The notes beneath the pieces were generated by a model that made no database searches, was not told the origin of the DNA, and was given only the letters and a program-made list of their open reading frames with translations. Below are positions 35,392 through 44,834 of a DNA stretch of 64,000 nt, piece after piece. The stretch is taken from positions 32,001 to 96,000 of the IMG/VR virus record IMGVR_UViG_3300032308_001297; one strand, written 5' to 3'. The first letter of the stretch is position 1. Each line of letters begins with the position of its first letter. The DNA is from a virus. The position numbers and the translations under genes were made by a program.

Positions 35392-35947
35392 TCATCCACT
35401 CCGGAGGGTTGCGTTTCTTCCAACTATGAAGATGAGTTTTACCCATCTTATAATAATTACGATAATTTGTTATGGGATCTGATGAAATAATATATTCGTC
35501 AGCCATACAAGAAGGCATAGTTGTCATATCATACTCTTCTAGTTTCTTAGGCGGAGACTGAAGCATATAAGATATCTCACCAAAACATTTATGTTGCTTT
35601 TCATAACGATGAGTGTATTCTTGCATCAATGCAAAGAAATGATCAACTAACCAATTATAATTCTCGATACTTGTGCGAGCCCAGACAGCACTCGGATGAT
35701 TAATGTGCGTAGCTGAATATATAACTTCTTCACGTGCATCTCCTAATAGCCACCATTTTTTCTTGCGAGTTTTTATAGATCCATCTTCTTGTTCAACCTG
35801 GACTTCTAACTGTATTTCTCTACCATCGAGAATACGATGCGCAGTAGAAAGAAGCTGAGCAGATTCTAAGATCATCTTCACAACGTGACGATCTACCATC
35901 CACTCTGCTGCTGTTACAGGATTTTTATCAAGATAAAAGATGTTCAT
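35384..35947 (-). CDS. Pyrimidine-dimer DNA glycosylase (DenV-related) family
   Basis: MNIFYLD, HVVKMILESAQLLSTAH, THINHPSAVW, YRNYY. Confidence 0.75.
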   Translation of the reverse strand: MNIFYLDKNPVTAAEWMVDRHVVKMILESAQLLSTAHRILDGREIQLEVQVEQEDGSIKTRKKKWWLLGDAREEVIYSATHINHPSAVWARTSIENYNWLVDHFFALMQEYTHRYEKQHKCFGEISYMLQSPPKKLEEYDMTTMPSCMADEYIISSDPITNYRNYYKMGKTHLHSWKKRNPPEWMNE

Positions 35948-36090
35948 ATATCGTATTTCTCAAACAATTTATATGCAGTATAAACCATTAACAGAATAAT
36001 AGCAAGCCAAATATAATCAGAGATAAGTTCTAGAGCTTCTTGATAGTGTTTATTAAGCATATCAAAATCAAAGTATTTAACATGCTTCAT
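35944..36090 (-). CDS. 48-aa single-TM protein
   Basis: MKHVKYFDFD...YIWLAIILLMVYTAYKLFEKYDI*; overlaps both neighbours. Confidence 0.5.
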   Translation of the reverse strand: MKHVKYFDFDMLNKHYQEALELISDYIWLAIILLMVYTAYKLFEKYDI

Positions 36091-36587
36091 CATAATTTAA
36101 TCCTCATTTCCACTTTCTCTCCTTCGCGCCATTTCTTTAGAGCTTTATCTCTATAATATCTATTTGCTCTATCATAAAAACGAATACCATCTAGATGATC
36201 CATTTCGTGTTGAAACACTCTAGCAGACATACCTGTGAAAGTTTCAGTTCTAGTATCTCCGTTTGGAGTTCTGAATCTAACACGAATGTGTTGAGATCTT
36301 TTTATTTTAACTAACATTCCAGGATAAGACAAGCATCCTTCTTCTAAAGATACTTGAGCTTCACTTGGCTGAATAATTCTAGGATTAAAACAAACAAAAT
36401 TCTCAGGAGCACCTCTCATAGCAAAAACTCTAAAAGGATATCCTACTTGATTTGCTGCTAATCCTAAACCATTTTTTTCATACATTGTCTTTACGAGTTC
36501 TTGAGCAAACTCGATAGGTTCAACTTGTGGTTGATCGAAATTAAAATCGCTGCATTTTTTATGCAGATATCTATCTTGAAGTTCCAT
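36090..36587 (-). CDS. def: Peptide deformylase
   Basis: GLGLAANQVG, EGCLS, QHEMDHLDG; GAGG SD before ATG 36587. Confidence 0.92.
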   Translation of the reverse strand: MELQDRYLHKKCSDFNFDQPQVEPIEFAQELVKTMYEKNGLGLAANQVGYPFRVFAMRGAPENFVCFNPRIIQPSEAQVSLEEGCLSYPGMLVKIKRSQHIRVRFRTPNGDTRTETFTGMSARVFQHEMDHLDGIRFYDRANRYYRDKALKKWREGEKVEMRIKL

Positions 36588-36594
36588 AATTACC

Positions 36595-37314
36595 TCAGAG
36601 TAATGATTTAGCGAACGCTTCTCTGTTTGCCCAGCCATGTCCAGCACGTGGGTTTTGTGGAGTGTAATGAGCAGGACGTTCGTAACCAATAGCAACTTCT
36701 AATGCTTCGTCAATATTCTTAGAAGCAGAAAGTCTTTTACCAGTTCCTCTTTCAGAACCTTTACGTAGTTCCCAATCAGCAAAACGAACCTGCGTATCAA
36801 GATCATGAATTGGTCTGTTACGATCAGCAGCAAATTTCATAAGATCAGTTAGTCGTCCTGGTGAATGTGCGCCAGTTTTTCTATCATAGTTGTCACGCCA
36901 CTGGCCTATACCAAATGCTGTCTTTTGATCGCCCCAAACATTTGTGCGAAGATCAGAATATGATTCCTGCATAAACTGTCCAACCATAGCAGCTGCCTGA
37001 TAATCTTTCCAACCAAGATCCATTAGAACTTTTTTGGCATATAATGGACGATCTCTACCTTTTAACGTATTAGCATCAATCTCTACAGATGGCGGAGGAG
37101 CAACTTTTTCCACTGCTACTTTAGCAACATCTTTTGCTTTCTCAACAACAGGAATTGTTTTAGCAACAACTGTTTCTTTTACAACTGTGACATTGGCAGA
37201 AAGAAGTTTCTTCATTGCTGCAAGAGTTTTTGGTCCAAGATCACCATCAATCGGTCCTGGATCATATCCTCTTTCCTTGAGTTTCTGCTGAATTTCTTTT
37301 ACAATCTTATCCAT
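36595..37314 (-). CDS. Endolysin: PG-binding domain plus phage tail-lysozyme-like catalytic domain
   Basis: QQKLKERGYDPGPIDGDLGPKT; AAMVGQFMQES, AFGIGQW, YERP. Confidence 0.8.
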   Translation of the reverse strand: MDKIVKEIQQKLKERGYDPGPIDGDLGPKTLAAMKKLLSANVTVVKETVVAKTIPVVEKAKDVAKVAVEKVAPPPSVEIDANTLKGRDRPLYAKKVLMDLGWKDYQAAAMVGQFMQESYSDLRTNVWGDQKTAFGIGQWRDNYDRKTGAHSPGRLTDLMKFAADRNRPIHDLDTQVRFADWELRKGSERGTGKRLSASKNIDEALEVAIGYERPAHYTPQNPRAGHGWANREAFAKSLL

Positions 37315-37317
37315 TTT

Positions 37318-39024
37318 TTACCTCTGCATCTGTGAAAAGTTTTTATTCTTAACGAATTTAACTACATTACTAAATTTCTCATTCATATGTTCCTTATGAG
37401 AAATAATAAAGATATTGTTATCCTTAGCAACGTCGTTAATAATATTAAACAAATAATCAGTAGAGTTTTGATCTAGAGAAGAATCAAACACTTCATCCAT
37501 AATTAATAGATTAGTGTTAATAGAATTACGTAATTTGGCTATTGATCTCCAAGTAAACAATAGAGCCAAATCAATCTTTTGTTTCTCTCCTTCTGAGAAA
37601 GAAGCATACGTAAAGTTATCTCTATATCTAGATTTAATAGTTTCGTTGAACTCTTCATTCAATTCAAACGACACAAAAAAATCCATAGCCGAAAGATATT
37701 TGTTAATTAACTTATTAATAATAGGAATATATTGTCTAATAATTTTAGATTTAATACCACCATCTTTCAATAATGTTCCAGCTGCCATAAGAATATGTTT
37801 ATCTTCAACCAGTTCATTATAACCAATTTCAATATATTTCAACCCGTTTTCAAACTCTAACAATTTATTATCAGATTGTTCTGTTTGTGATTGTATTAAA
37901 CCTTTAATTTCAGAATCTAATTGTTTGGCGTATTTAGTTAATGAATTCATATTTGTTTTCGCCTCGATTTTTTTCATCTCGAGATTTTGTATATCTGTCA
38001 TGACAGACATGATTTCATTCAATCTTACATTCGCTGTTTCGTATTCCTCAGATAATTTATCCAATCCATCTTCAATTTCTTTAATTTGATCATGCTTTTC
38101 TGAAACAGATTTTTCTCGGAAATCTTTTTCAATTTCTTGTTTACAGGTGGGACAGCTTGTGTGATTGTTGAGGAACTCAACGTCCTCATTGAGAACCGCC
38201 ACCTTCGCCTGAATTTTGTGCCGTAGTTGCGAGAGTTTATTGATCTTCTTGGATATGATTTCATTATCTTCTACTTTAGATTGTAAATCTTCTATTTTTA
38301 CGATTATATTACTATGTTCTTTTTGTAATTCTAGAATATGTTTATTTGTGTCATCCAGTTGAGATTGTTTTTCTGCAACAAACTTATCATTATTCTGTTG
38401 GAGCTCTTTCATATGCTCTTTTGTCATCTCAATTTTAGATTCGATAAGTTTTTTCTCTGCATATTTACTGTTAATAGCTTCGTTATTAATTCCTACTTTA
38501 TCTTTTAATAATGAATTCATAACAGTAAAAATCTGCAGATCTAATAACTCTTCAATAATTTCTCTACGTTGACCTGCAGGTAATTGCATAAAAGGTTGAA
38601 AGGTCGCCGATCCAAGAACAACGACCTGACAAAACGATCTCTGATTTACTTTTAAAATTTGTTTTTCTAAAATCTCCTGATAATCTTTCATTTCAGCAGA
38701 CTGATTTAACAGATTACCGTTCTGGTATACTTCGAAAACATTTGGTTTCAAACCACGAACAATTTTATATTGAACTGTTCCAATAGAAAACTCTAATTCC
38801 ACTAAACAGTTTTTCTGCGTAATACTATTAACCAATTGTGGTTTATTAATCTTTCGAAATGGCTTACCAAAAAGAGCAAATGTAAGAGCATCAAGAATAG
38901 TAGATTTACCAGCACCATTTGTTCCAATGATGAGGGTCATATCTTTTGCTTCTAGATCAAATTCGGTAAATACATTACCTGTTGATAGAAAATTTTTATA
39001 ACGAAGTTTTCTGAAATAAATCAT
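37318..39024 (-). CDS. 46: Recombination ATPase gp46 (Rad50/SbcC)
   Basis: GTNGAGKST, CPTC hook, FSEGEK, MDEVFD, ISH. Confidence 0.95.
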   Translation of the reverse strand: MIYFRKLRYKNFLSTGNVFTEFDLEAKDMTLIIGTNGAGKSTILDALTFALFGKPFRKINKPQLVNSITQKNCLVELEFSIGTVQYKIVRGLKPNVFEVYQNGNLLNQSAEMKDYQEILEKQILKVNQRSFCQVVVLGSATFQPFMQLPAGQRREIIEELLDLQIFTVMNSLLKDKVGINNEAINSKYAEKKLIESKIEMTKEHMKELQQNNDKFVAEKQSQLDDTNKHILELQKEHSNIIVKIEDLQSKVEDNEIISKKINKLSQLRHKIQAKVAVLNEDVEFLNNHTSCPTCKQEIEKDFREKSVSEKHDQIKEIEDGLDKLSEEYETANVRLNEIMSVMTDIQNLEMKKIEAKTNMNSLTKYAKQLDSEIKGLIQSQTEQSDNKLLEFENGLKYIEIGYNELVEDKHILMAAGTLLKDGGIKSKIIRQYIPIINKLINKYLSAMDFFVSFELNEEFNETIKSRYRDNFTYASFSEGEKQKIDLALLFTWRSIAKLRNSINTNLLIMDEVFDSSLDQNSTDYLFNIINDVAKDNNIFIISHKEHMNEKFSNVVKFVKNKNFSQMQR

Positions 39025-39282
39025 TTAATCCATGTTCCCGAAGTCATTGTTCAAACGAGATGCTGGAGCAGAACCTCCACCACCACTTCCGGCTGACGTG
39101 GAACCAGAAACAGGAAAGTTATGATGGCTGGCATTGAAAGATGTAGAACCTTCACTCCAACCAGGGTTCTCCCATGAGAAAGCAGGAATATCCGTTACAG
39201 GACCACCACTCAGAGAATGATACTGAGCACTAGCAACCGTGGGGAATACCACCATTGAGATTATCATCAAATATTTCATCAT
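39025..39282 (-). CDS. Small exported hypothetical protein
   Basis: Signal peptide ...PTVASA; Ser/Gly-rich. Confidence 0.55.
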   Translation of the reverse strand: MMKYLMIISMVVFPTVASAQYHSLSGGPVTDIPAFSWENPGWSEGSTSFNASHHNFPVSGSTSAGSGGGGSAPASRLNNDFGNMD

Positions 39283-39287
39283 ACATT

Positions 39288-39431
39288 CTAAAACCCAAAC
39301 TGCGATTTAACAACCTTAACAACTTCGTCAATAGTTTCTTTTAAGTCTTGATCAGAAACAGTATCAACAGGCAAACGATCTCTTAATACAGCAATTATGT
39401 TAGCTTTTGTTTCTTCTGAAAGTTCAAACAT
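39288..39431 (-). CDS. 47-aa hypothetical protein
   Basis: AGGAG SD; MFELSEETKANIIAVLRDRL...KSQFGF*. Confidence 0.6.
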   Translation of the reverse strand: MFELSEETKANIIAVLRDRLPVDTVSDQDLKETIDEVVKVVKSQFGF

Positions 39432-39453
39432 GTTATTCTCCTTCATTCAATTG

Positions 39454-39843
39454 TTAACTTTTCGTGATATAATTCCATCCACCATCTAATTGATATTTTA
39501 TATTATGCAAATTACCTCTAGCGTATTCCATAAAAAACCAAGATAAAACTTTTGCGTCTAATTTTGATCCAGCTTCAGTTATTTCAATATATTCTTTTTC
39601 GTTTTCGATTCTTTTGTATATTATAGCGTTTATTATATTTGGTTTAAACCATTCTGGTAATTTATCATTTATTAACCATTCACACTTAAAACTTTTACAA
39701 GGGGTTTCTGGTCTATTATTGTATATAGAACATCCTTCTTTATTCATAAAATGACAAGGTCTTCCTGGCCAAAAATCATGATCGTAAGCCTTGCCCCAAA
39801 GCCAACCTTCGCAACATTTAGTACATCCTTCGCAAGATCTCAT
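39454..39843 (-). CDS. YkgJ-like CxxCxxCC (Fe-S/zinc) protein
   Basis: CEGCTKCC, PC, CSIYNNRP..C..F.C.W. Confidence 0.75.
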   Translation of the reverse strand: MRSCEGCTKCCEGWLWGKAYDHDFWPGRPCHFMNKEGCSIYNNRPETPCKSFKCEWLINDKLPEWFKPNIINAIIYKRIENEKEYIEITEAGSKLDAKVLSWFFMEYARGNLHNIKYQLDGGWNYITKS

Positions 39844-39844
39844 A

Positions 39845-40903
39845 TTATTCAATTGTTAATGCCTCGTGATATAATTCTATTATTTTATTTTCTAACTTTT
39901 CTTTATTAATACCTTTCGATTCAGTATTACGAATATACTTTTTAAATATATCAATCGTAGATTCTGCTTCGTCGACAATATCTTGATCGTCCTCTAAATT
40001 TAAGTTTAGATGATCTTCTACGATTTGAATGTCGATTGGATTTTTCTTTTCTATATTCTCAATAAATTTTTCGAACCAATAAGGGTTATTTTTTTCGGTA
40101 ATAATAATTTTAATTATTTTACCTTCAAATTGATCATAGTCAATGTCGGAGTCCACAAACTTTGGATCCCCGTCGTTATACCAGAACTTATGAAACATCT
40201 TATATGGGTTTTCAATAAACTTTAGTTCTCTCGTTTCCGTATCAAAGACATGAAAGCCTCTTGGATCATTATAATCAGACCAAGTGAATTCAGCAGGAGA
40301 CCCGAGATAATAAATGTTGTCGCGAGTAGACTTATGGTGATAATGACCACTAGCAACGATATCGAATCTAGAAAACAGTTTAGGATCATCGCCATGCGAG
40401 ATGATGGATCCTTTAAACATTTCGAAACCCTGTAGTTCAAGATGTCCAAAACAGATTTGAGCATTTGTTTCCTTAATTAACTTGATAGCGTGTTCTCTGT
40501 TCTCATCATTAATCCATGGCATAAGAAGAATATTACAACCATCAAAGTCAATTTCAGTTGCTTCTTCATAAATATTTAGCGGAAACTTATTAAAAAGTTC
40601 AATAAAAGAACTGATACTATTAGTGTTCTTATGCATGACATCATGATTACCTAGGATCTGATGCCAGGTAATATTACGATCTAATGCTGGTTCGATCAAG
40701 TCTTTTCTGAGACGATAAGCAGTATTAATATTAATATACTTACGACGGTCAACAATATCCCCACAATGAACCACATTTCGAATGCCGTTTGTATCGAGGT
40801 ATTTGAAAAACACATCATCATAAAACCTTTTCATATAATCGTGAAATGCAACAGAGTCGTTACGAACTCCTGCATGACTATCGGTTAAAAGTGCGATTTT
40901 CAT
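39845..40903 (-). CDS. 47: Recombination nuclease gp47 (Mre11/SbcD)
   Basis: TDSH.G, GDIVD, GNHD, GH.E, SGHYH, YLGSP. Confidence 0.93.
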   Translation of the reverse strand: MKIALLTDSHAGVRNDSVAFHDYMKRFYDDVFFKYLDTNGIRNVVHCGDIVDRRKYININTAYRLRKDLIEPALDRNITWHQILGNHDVMHKNTNSISSFIELFNKFPLNIYEEATEIDFDGCNILLMPWINDENREHAIKLIKETNAQICFGHLELQGFEMFKGSIISHGDDPKLFSRFDIVASGHYHHKSTRDNIYYLGSPAEFTWSDYNDPRGFHVFDTETRELKFIENPYKMFHKFWYNDGDPKFVDSDIDYDQFEGKIIKIIITEKNNPYWFEKFIENIEKKNPIDIQIVEDHLNLNLEDDQDIVDEAESTIDIFKKYIRNTESKGINKEKLENKIIELYHEALTIE

Positions 40904-41057
40904 TATGTACTTTCACAACAGCTGCTGTAACGTAATCACAAATAGCGTCCAGTCTAATTAATAGATTAGCTTTCTCATTTTCTCGAATGTTTTTGTCATT
41001 CAATCTATTAACGATGTCCTGAATGTTAACAGGAACTAGATGATTATTCTTCATCAT
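40878..41057 (-). CDS. 59-aa hypothetical protein
   Basis: MMKNNHLVPVNIQDIV...RLDAICDY...; fills the gap between 55 and 47. Confidence 0.5.
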   Translation of the reverse strand: MMKNNHLVPVNIQDIVNRLNDKNIRENEKANLLIRLDAICDYVTAAVVKVHNENRTFNR

Positions 41058-41601
41058 TTTCTTCTACCTCTGAAAATTTTTCTACTCCAACAAGTTTACT
41101 AGGTTTTTTGTTTTTAGTCAACTTATCTTCATAAGAACGTACGATGTCTGCTGAATAGTCGTTTGATTTCAAATGTGTAGCGTGATTAGCGTCTTCGGAA
41201 ATCTCAGAGAATAAATGAGAGTTCTCGAAATTTTTATGTTTAATATAAGTCTGTTTCTTTTCTTTCTGAATTCTACGAAGAAAAGCGTTCCATGCTATCT
41301 GAGTAAAATAAGCGAATGGGTTATTTGTTTTATCAGGATTAAAATTGTCCACGGCTGCAATACAATCCATGATGCCATCGCTAATCATATCTTGTTTGTA
41401 TGTATAACCAGAGAAATTTGGTTTCTTTGCAAGGTTATTACAAATCAAAAGAATAGATTCTCCAATATATTTCGGGACTATCGGTTCCTCTTTTTCGGAT
41501 TCAATAGCCTCTTTCAATTCATTTTTATAATGAATCATCGCTCCATAGAGAGTTTTGTTATTGATATAATTGGTTTTTCTCTTTGGTTTTGTCTCGCTCA
41601 T
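41044..41601 (-). CDS. 55: Late-transcription sigma factor gp55
   Basis: NYINNK, KPNFSGYTY, DMISDG, NPFAYFTQI, AFLRRIQKEKKQ. Confidence 0.95.
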   Translation of the reverse strand: MSETKPKRKTNYINNKTLYGAMIHYKNELKEAIESEKEEPIVPKYIGESILLICNNLAKKPNFSGYTYKQDMISDGIMDCIAAVDNFNPDKTNNPFAYFTQIAWNAFLRRIQKEKKQTYIKHKNFENSHLFSEISEDANHATHLKSNDYSADIVRSYEDKLTKNKKPSKLVGVEKFSEVEENDEE

Positions 41602-41611
41602 AATATAGTCC

Positions 41612-41639
41612 TTGACTTTTTTTGGAACACAGGTATAAT
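41612..41639 (+). promoter_or_regulatory. sigma70-like promoter pointing antisense into uvsW
   Basis: TTGACT-16 bp-TATAAT on the + strand in the uvsW-55 gap. Confidence 0.45.
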
Positions 41640-41659
41640 CACTAGTGCCCCAGTTGAAA

Positions 41660-43114
41660 TTAAATCTTCAATTCTATCTTATACAGTTTATACTTAAACT
41701 TCTCTTCGTTATAGATCTTTACTCTCTCCATGAAATGTAAAAGAGTAAAGTTTTTCTTACTTTTCCAAGTAAGATCATCTGCTATATCATATAAGGTAGC
41801 AGAATTCTTCGTATCAGACTTGCGTAGTCCACGACCAATTGACTGGAGATTCCGTACGCGAGACTTGCTTGGGCTAGCAAAAATAATAGAATGGAGATTC
41901 TTAATATTGACTCCGGTAGAAAAAGTACCAACACTAGCGACAATAATAGCATTTGACTCATTTTCAACAATCCTTCTAATTTCTTCTCTTTCTTCGCCAT
42001 CAACTGCTCCATGAACGAAGAAAATCTTACGATCTCCTGCTTCTGATAATATTTTATTATAGAGATCTTTACCATGTTTTTCAACAAATTGAAATAGAAT
42101 TAGAGTGTTACCATCTAAAGAAAGAGCAAGGTTCTTGATAAAATTATTTCTTGCATCGCATCTTACAATGTAATCTAATTCAGATTGATAATCACCAGAG
42201 CGAGCAATCATCTTTCTAATATCGTCTGGATAAGTTAAGACGATACCTTTAATAGAAAAGTCTGCTAAATGTTTTTTCTCAATTAGCTCTGCTGTTGAGA
42301 TGACTTTTCTGACTGGTCCGAATAACCCTTCAAGAACGAGGCGGTGGGTTTGGGTACCATCCAATGTTCCGGTAAGTCCAAAACGGTAGCGGCATCCGGA
42401 TAGTTTAGTAAGTATAGAAGTAAGAGATTTTGCTTTGAAGAGATGAGCTTCGTCTCCGATGACAACATCAAACGAACTAAAAAATTCTTTAGGTAGCTTG
42501 TATATACTCTGCCAAGTGGTAATTGTGATTGGTCGTTTTGTGACCTTATCTTTTCCAGCGTACACACGATGTACGTAAGTGGAAGAGTCGAAACCATAAT
42601 CAGCAAAATCAGAGGCAAGCTGACTAACAAGAGAAGTAGTTGGTACAATAATGAGAGTTCTTTTCGCATAATACCTCACAAGCAAATAAATGATAAACGA
42701 TTTACCAGAAGCAGTTGGTGAAAGTAACAAAGCTCTACGCTCTCTTACTGCATGAACAAAAGCGTCTAACTGATAATCTCTTGGTTGAAAAGTAGGTTTA
42801 ATTTTATTAACAAAATCTTTTGCTTCTTTAATAGAAAATTCTTCTGTAGAAAAATCTGACAGGTATTCTATTTGATATTCTCTTTTATGACAGAATTCTT
42901 CAATGTATGAAAGCAAACCATAATATATTAATCCAGTCATAGTGTTGAGCATACGAATCTTACCATCCCAAAACTTATTACGATAAGCGGGAGTAAACTT
43001 CGCTCCAGGAACAGTGAATGTAAAGAACTCACTCATTTCCATCATAAGTCCAGGTTCACATTTAACCTTTATATAAGTCTCGTCGAATTTCTCAACCTGA
43101 ATTGTTTCTGTCAT
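41660..43114 (-). CDS. uvsW: DNA helicase UvsW
   Basis: WDGKIR, PRDYQ, SPTASGKS, DEAH, TGT, QSIGRGLR; start MTETIQ. Confidence 0.95.
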   Translation of the reverse strand: MTETIQVEKFDETYIKVKCEPGLMMEMSEFFTFTVPGAKFTPAYRNKFWDGKIRMLNTMTGLIYYGLLSYIEEFCHKREYQIEYLSDFSTEEFSIKEAKDFVNKIKPTFQPRDYQLDAFVHAVRERRALLLSPTASGKSFIIYLLVRYYAKRTLIIVPTTSLVSQLASDFADYGFDSSTYVHRVYAGKDKVTKRPITITTWQSIYKLPKEFFSSFDVVIGDEAHLFKAKSLTSILTKLSGCRYRFGLTGTLDGTQTHRLVLEGLFGPVRKVISTAELIEKKHLADFSIKGIVLTYPDDIRKMIARSGDYQSELDYIVRCDARNNFIKNLALSLDGNTLILFQFVEKHGKDLYNKILSEAGDRKIFFVHGAVDGEEREEIRRIVENESNAIIVASVGTFSTGVNIKNLHSIIFASPSKSRVRNLQSIGRGLRKSDTKNSATLYDIADDLTWKSKKNFTLLHFMERVKIYNEEKFKYKLYKIELKI

Positions 43115-43548
43115 TATGCTCCCATAGTGAACTTCTGCCAATCAATTGCATTACGAATGATATAATTCCTATTCATTATAATTCTAACAATCGACTCAAG
43201 TAGTTCAATTTTTTCTTGCTGAAGTCCAATCTTCAAAGATATATTAACAATATCATCATCAGCGTCAAGATACATTGGAATGTCTCCTTTTAGAACCATT
43301 CCCCTTGCAGGTAAACGCCAACCTTTATCTTTTGTTTCTTCGTTTGGGCCTTGAGTTAAAAATTCATATTTGTCTAGTTTAAGTTGTTTTAACTCTGCCT
43401 CAAACTTGCGTAGAGTTAATCTTTCCTTAACTAAGAACTGAAAATATTTATGATGTAGTTTAGGGGTATCTAAAGATGCATCCCCTAGTTCCGTTTTATC
43501 AACTTGAACGTCTTTTTCCCAATGCTCAAAAATCTCATCAATCTTCAT
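43114..43548 (-). CDS. uvsY: Recombination mediator UvsY
   Basis: WEKD..D..L, PKLHHKY, RNY.IRNAIDW..F; synteny. Confidence 0.88.
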   Translation of the reverse strand: MKIDEIFEHWEKDVQVDKTELGDASLDTPKLHHKYFQFLVKERLTLRKFEAELKQLKLDKYEFLTQGPNEETKDKGWRLPARGMVLKGDIPMYLDADDDIVNISLKIGLQQEKIELLESIVRIIMNRNYIIRNAIDWQKFTMGA

Positions 43549-43557
43549 GGTTCATCC

Positions 43558-43606
43558 TTGACTTTTAAACTGTCAATAGTATACTATATTTTTAGGAAAA
43601 AGTAAA
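43558..43606. promoter_or_regulatory. Overlapping divergent sigma70-type promoters sharing a palindromic -10
   Basis: - strand TTTACT-17-TATACT toward uvsY; + strand TTGACT-16-TATACT; shared ATAGTATACTAT. Confidence 0.55.
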
Positions 43607-43611
43607 GATCT

Positions 43612-44133
43612 TTATACGTTATTAATGTCGTAATAAGTATATTTGAAAGTAGCAGAGGCTTCGACATAATTAACGTCGTCGTCTGTTGTATTAAAAACAG
43701 CGCCAGATAAACTGATCGGATGAGCGTCTGTAAAGATAATTTCGTAATTAGCCATTTTTGTTGATGAAAGAATCATTAAAGAAATATCAGAAGTTTCACC
43801 ATCTCCAGTATAAGAAGGTTTTTGCATGATAGCTTTTCTATCAACAAAATCTTTTGGTTTACCAAGAGCCTTAACCCAGTTGTGAATTTCTAAGTAGTTT
43901 TGTAAATCTTCGTCAACTTTAAAAGTAATATTAAGTAAACCATAATCCAAATGATCTCCAATCTGAGGAATATTAACCATAGGATTTGGAGTGATTACTG
44001 GTTTCAAAGAAAGATCTGGTATATTAACTTTTTGAATAAAGAAGTTGACATGCGGTGCTTTCTTAATCGTGAATTTAAAATTCAGAGGACTTAGAAAGTT
44101 TTTATTAGACGGTGTATTATCTATCGCTGTCAT
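43612..44133 (-). CDS. 3: Tail completion/sheath stabiliser gp3
   Basis: NFLSP.NFKF, VDEDLQNYLEIHNW, ATFKY; position downstream of 23. Confidence 0.85.
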   Translation of the reverse strand: MTAIDNTPSNKNFLSPLNFKFTIKKAPHVNFFIQKVNIPDLSLKPVITPNPMVNIPQIGDHLDYGLLNITFKVDEDLQNYLEIHNWVKALGKPKDFVDRKAIMQKPSYTGDGETSDISLMILSSTKMANYEIIFTDAHPISLSGAVFNTTDDDVNYVEASATFKYTYYDINNV

Positions 44134-44149
44134 ATTAACTCCTTTCTAC

Positions 44150-44157
44150 TATTTATA
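44150..44157 (-). promoter_or_regulatory. T4-type late promoter (gene 3)
   Basis: TATAAATA. Confidence 0.75.
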
Positions 44158-44169
44158 TTGGGGTAAATC

Positions 44170-44781
44170 ATGGATTATAAACATATCAAAACCACAGAAT
44201 TTTCATTTATTTTATTTGAGAATATTTTTAATTTTGAAGAACAAAAAAGTATTTTCAAAGAATGTATGTTTCTTTGTGACCCTATCAAATTACAACTAAC
44301 AGAAAGATCTTCAGCTGCTCGTAGAAAAGATGGAAAATTGAAAAAATCTAATAAAGGTTTATTTCTCGAGGAAATTTATAAAGATAGGAAATATTCTAAT
44401 TATCTCGCTTTATATAAGAAACCGTTTGAATTATTAGATATGAACACCATAGCGAAACAAGACGATAACTTTTTACCTTATACAACAACTAATGTAGATA
44501 ATACTTTATTCAGTTATTATCAAGATGGAGACTATTACGAATCTCATATAGACGATGCAAAATTTACTTATTTATTTTGGGCTTGTTCTGAGCCAAAACA
44601 ATTTACAGGCGGAGAATTGGTTTTAGACGATATCAATTATACAGTAGAAATAAAAAACAATTCTGGTATTTTATTTCCATCTAAAGCTAGACATACTGTT
44701 AATAAAATTGCAATGGAAGATAAAACACCATTTAATTGTAGAGGAAGGTTTTCTTTCTCGACGTTTTTCGGGGTAAAATGA
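44170..44781 (+). CDS. 2OG-Fe(II) oxygenase (opposite strand)
   Basis: YY..GDYY.SHID, FTGGEL, FPS...H.V, GRF. Confidence 0.8.
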   Translation: MDYKHIKTTEFSFILFENIFNFEEQKSIFKECMFLCDPIKLQLTERSSAARRKDGKLKKSNKGLFLEEIYKDRKYSNYLALYKKPFELLDMNTIAKQDDNFLPYTTTNVDNTLFSYYQDGDYYESHIDDAKFTYLFWACSEPKQFTGGELVLDDINYTVEIKNNSGILFPSKARHTVNKIAMEDKTPFNCRGRFSFSTFFGVK

Positions 44782-44812
44782 AAAGGGGGAGCCGAAGCTC
44801 CCCCAAGTTTTT
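44781..44812. terminator. Bidirectional UUCG-hairpin terminator after gene 23
   Basis: AAAA-GGGGGAGC-CGAA-GCTCCCCC-aagTTTTTT; same core as the hairpin at 26559. Confidence 0.8.
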
Positions 44813-44834
44813 TGCCACCTTGCTTATGTGGTTC

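Noticed and set aside
41215-41697. 160-aa + strand ORF antisense to gene 55, and similar antisense ORFs elsewhere (2561-3016, 27516-27950, 51417-51929)
   Set aside because: Fully overlap well-supported conserved genes; no recognisable motifs
26559-44804. Identical 18-bp GGGGAGCCGAAGCTCCCC at 26559 and 44786 as ends of a mobile element
   Set aside because: Both are standard cUUCGg terminator hairpins after highly expressed genes (45 and 23)
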